Assembly (NCBI GenBank): GCA_963733195.1
Contig: CAVTCR010000059.1
Location: 128,001 to 192,000 of the forward strand
DNA from: an uncultured delta proteobacterium
GTDB taxonomy: Bacteria; Desulfobacterota; Binatia; Bin18
DNA length: 64,000 nt
Direction of reading: 5' to 3'
Part shown: piece by piece, positions 62,120 through 64,000 of the stretch
Layout: each line of letters starts with the position of its first letter
How positions within the stretch are numbered: the stretch's first letter is position 1
Made by a program: the position numbers and the translations under genes
The notes under the pieces: model-generated
The model's database searches: none
The model's input: the letters and a program-made list of their open reading frames with translations, nothing else
What the model was told of the DNA's origin: nothing

Positions 62120-62151
62120 AGTCGAAGCACGTCTTCAGACGTGCTTCGACT
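62120..62151. terminator. Perfect hairpin between convergent genes
   Basis: AGTCGAAGCACGTC-ttca-GACGTGCTTCGACT. Confidence 0.6.
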
Positions 62152-62195
62152 TGCTCCAGTTCGTACCCGATGTGTCCTGACTTGTCTTTAACCAA

Positions 62196-62648
62196 TTACG
62201 CCGCTTTGGCTTTCCGCACCGGCTCCGATCGTCCAGCAGAAAGTGCATGGCGTCGACCACTGACACGACGGAAAGGAGAGAGTGCCGCTGTTACACTCGG
62301 TTGTATTTGTCGCGCTTGGAGTACCTCTTTCCAGCGTGAAATGCCGCCACGTAAGTACTCGGCTTCGATATCGAGTGCCGCGCAAATATTCTCAAATGAG
62401 AAGGGCCAACTACTATCCGCCGAGCCAATCCACTCTTCAGTTTCTTTTAGCAATCGGCGCTGTCGGCGTGTCGTTCCGGTGGCTGATTTTTGAAACGTCG
62501 CAATAGCATCTTCCATGACGGCGAGCATCAATCGCTTTTCCGGTTGCGACGAGCGTTCTGCCTTGATCCGATCGAAAAACTGGGAGGGAACAATCAGATC
62601 AGCCTCTAGAGTAGCAAGCACTCGGTCTTCTACAATGTTGTTCATCAT
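62196..62648 (-). CDS. Hypothetical protein
   Basis: GGAGG RBS; PEKRLMLAVMEDAIATFQK..WPFSFENICAALDIEAEYLRGG. Confidence 0.75.
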   Translation of the reverse strand: MMNNIVEDRVLATLEADLIVPSQFFDRIKAERSSQPEKRLMLAVMEDAIATFQKSATGTTRRQRRLLKETEEWIGSADSSWPFSFENICAALDIEAEYLRGGISRWKEVLQARQIQPSVTAALSPFRRVSGRRHALSAGRSEPVRKAKAA

Positions 62649-62963
62649 CGTTGTTCCTCCACTAGGGGGACTATGCCCGTATTGTAATTGGTTACAGACC
62701 CACACCAAAAGCGACCATAAGAAATGAGCAGGAACTATGCCAAACATAAGATGTGAGAGAAGGAGCGGAAGTTTCCCAAAAATGCGATCTGCACGAGTCA
62801 TGGAGCTGGGGTAAAAGAAGACAGAAAAAACATTGTATCTGTCTTAAAATGTTACTGAGGAAAGACCTGTGGATGCTATAAGTCTCCACTGTAGGTTCTT
62901 CTGATGAGTTGGCTGTGGTAGGGTTTGAGGTTCAGGCTTGTTTCTCTTCCGATTGAGTGCCAT

Positions 62964-63389
62964 ATGGTTAACTGGTGGTGGAAAGTCATACTTCTGCTCG
63001 GTGTTCTAACTGTTGGGTGTGTTACCCAAACCGAGCGAATTCCCTACCATCGTTATTATGATCCGCCCGAGAATGAAAGCGTTCTCGATGAATTACGACG
63101 AGAGTTTGGTTGGCAGAAACCACCACCGTGGGTGCGTGAGGAACCACTCTACAAGCGAGCCGCGCGAGGGGTCAAAGAAACAGTAACCAGGTGGTTCCAA
63201 AGAGACGAGTCAATAGGTTCGCTCCCTGGTAGACCCCAGACTGTGCAAGAATTTCAACGAGCCCAGAATGAAACCTTACAACGATTACAGCAGCAGAATG
63301 CGGAAGGAAATTCTCAGGCTGGCGACCCTTCCGGATTAACCAACGACTCGCTCATTCCAAATGCTGGAGGAGCCGCAACTGATGAGTAA
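62964..63389 (+). CDS. Putative lipoprotein
   Basis: Hydrophobic leader with lipobox LTVGC. Confidence 0.6.
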   Translation: MVNWWWKVILLLGVLTVGCVTQTERIPYHRYYDPPENESVLDELRREFGWQKPPPWVREEPLYKRAARGVKETVTRWFQRDESIGSLPGRPQTVQEFQRAQNETLQRLQQQNAEGNSQAGDPSGLTNDSLIPNAGGAATDE

Positions 63390-63573
63390 GTTGCCTACTC
63401 TCCTTCCACTTTAAGTACAGTTAGCGAATACGGCTTCCACGCCCGATTCTTTTATTGCTCGTCTTGTCAGTTCAGTATGCAGCTTTGGCTCTGAGTCTTC
63501 TGTCTATTTTTTGCCCTTTTTTCGTATGCATCTCCTGTGGTAGGGTAGGCCGCCGACGAGAGGAGGGCGCCGC

Positions 63574-64000
63574 ATGGCAACGCTATCGAGTAACGAAGCA
63601 ACGTATCGTATTGTCGTTGAAAAAGATGTCCCTATGCGCACACGCGATGGGGTGACGCTCTATGCCGATGTGTATCGTCCGGATACGACGGGACGGTTTC
63701 CAGTGTTGGTGATGCGCACTCCGTATGACAAAAGCGTCGATATGGCGCTGACCGAGAAAGACTACTTTCCCTTGCATGGCTACGTGGTTGTCGTTCAAGA
63801 CACGCGCGGACGTTTCCTTTCAGAGGGCGAGTTCTATCCTTTTATCCATGAAGCAGAGGATGGATACGATGCGATTGAGTGGGCCGCTCGCTTACCGTGG
63901 TCAGATGGAAATGTTGGCACCGTAGGACAATCCTATCTGGCCCTCGTCCAGTACTTTGCTGCAACGACGCGACCGCCACATCTGAAAGCGATGAGTCCGG
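63574..64000 (+). CDS. CocE/NonD family hydrolase (runs off the window)
   Basis: GGAGG RBS; MRTRDGVTLYADVYRP, RTPY, QDTRGR..SEG, DGYDAIEWAA, GQSY. Confidence 0.9.
   Translation, partial: MATLSSNEATYRIVVEKDVPMRTRDGVTLYADVYRPDTTGRFPVLVMRTPYDKSVDMALTEKDYFPLHGYVVVVQDTRGRFLSEGEFYPFIHEAEDGYDAIEWAARLPWSDGNVGTVGQSYLALVQYFAATTRPPHLKAMSP

Noticed and set aside
1-64000. rRNA, tRNA, prophage or integrase genes
   Set aside because: None recognised by eye; a tRNAscan/Infernal run would be needed to exclude small RNAs.

Overview
A 64-kb bacterial chromosomal window of moderate GC. The gene content (SCP2-type thiolase/DUF35, LLM oxidoreductase, STAND-type adenylate/guanylate cyclase, RpoH, several toxin-antitoxin pairs) suggests a deltaproteobacterial-like or Ca. 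Binatia-like environmental bacterium; this is inference only. About 60 CDS can be supported, mostly housekeeping, stress or catabolic (mutS2, rpoH, dnaJ, rpoZ, clpB, Hsp20, YegD-like Hsp70, catechol 2,3-dioxygenase, P450, type III PKS cluster). I found no rRNA, tRNA or CRISPR array. Several genes are split by single-base indels, probably long-read assembly errors. The main observations are: (1) three GTAG-family REP palindromes and heptamer-repeat tracts inserted in frame inside one STAND cyclase gene; (2) an ECF sigma/anti-sigma pair and a divergent RnfD/NqrB-like-DUF2330 gene that share an identical TGATCC-N17-GGTCTT promoter motif; (3) a cNMP-binding/MalT-like/SLC13 transporter fusion; (4) a Hel308/Ski2-like helicase coupled to an unknown protein with a GNAT-like motif, facing a TA-deacetylase operon; (5) a type III PKS-methyltransferase-ABC exporter cluster. 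All product calls come from recognising motifs by eye; no database searches were run.
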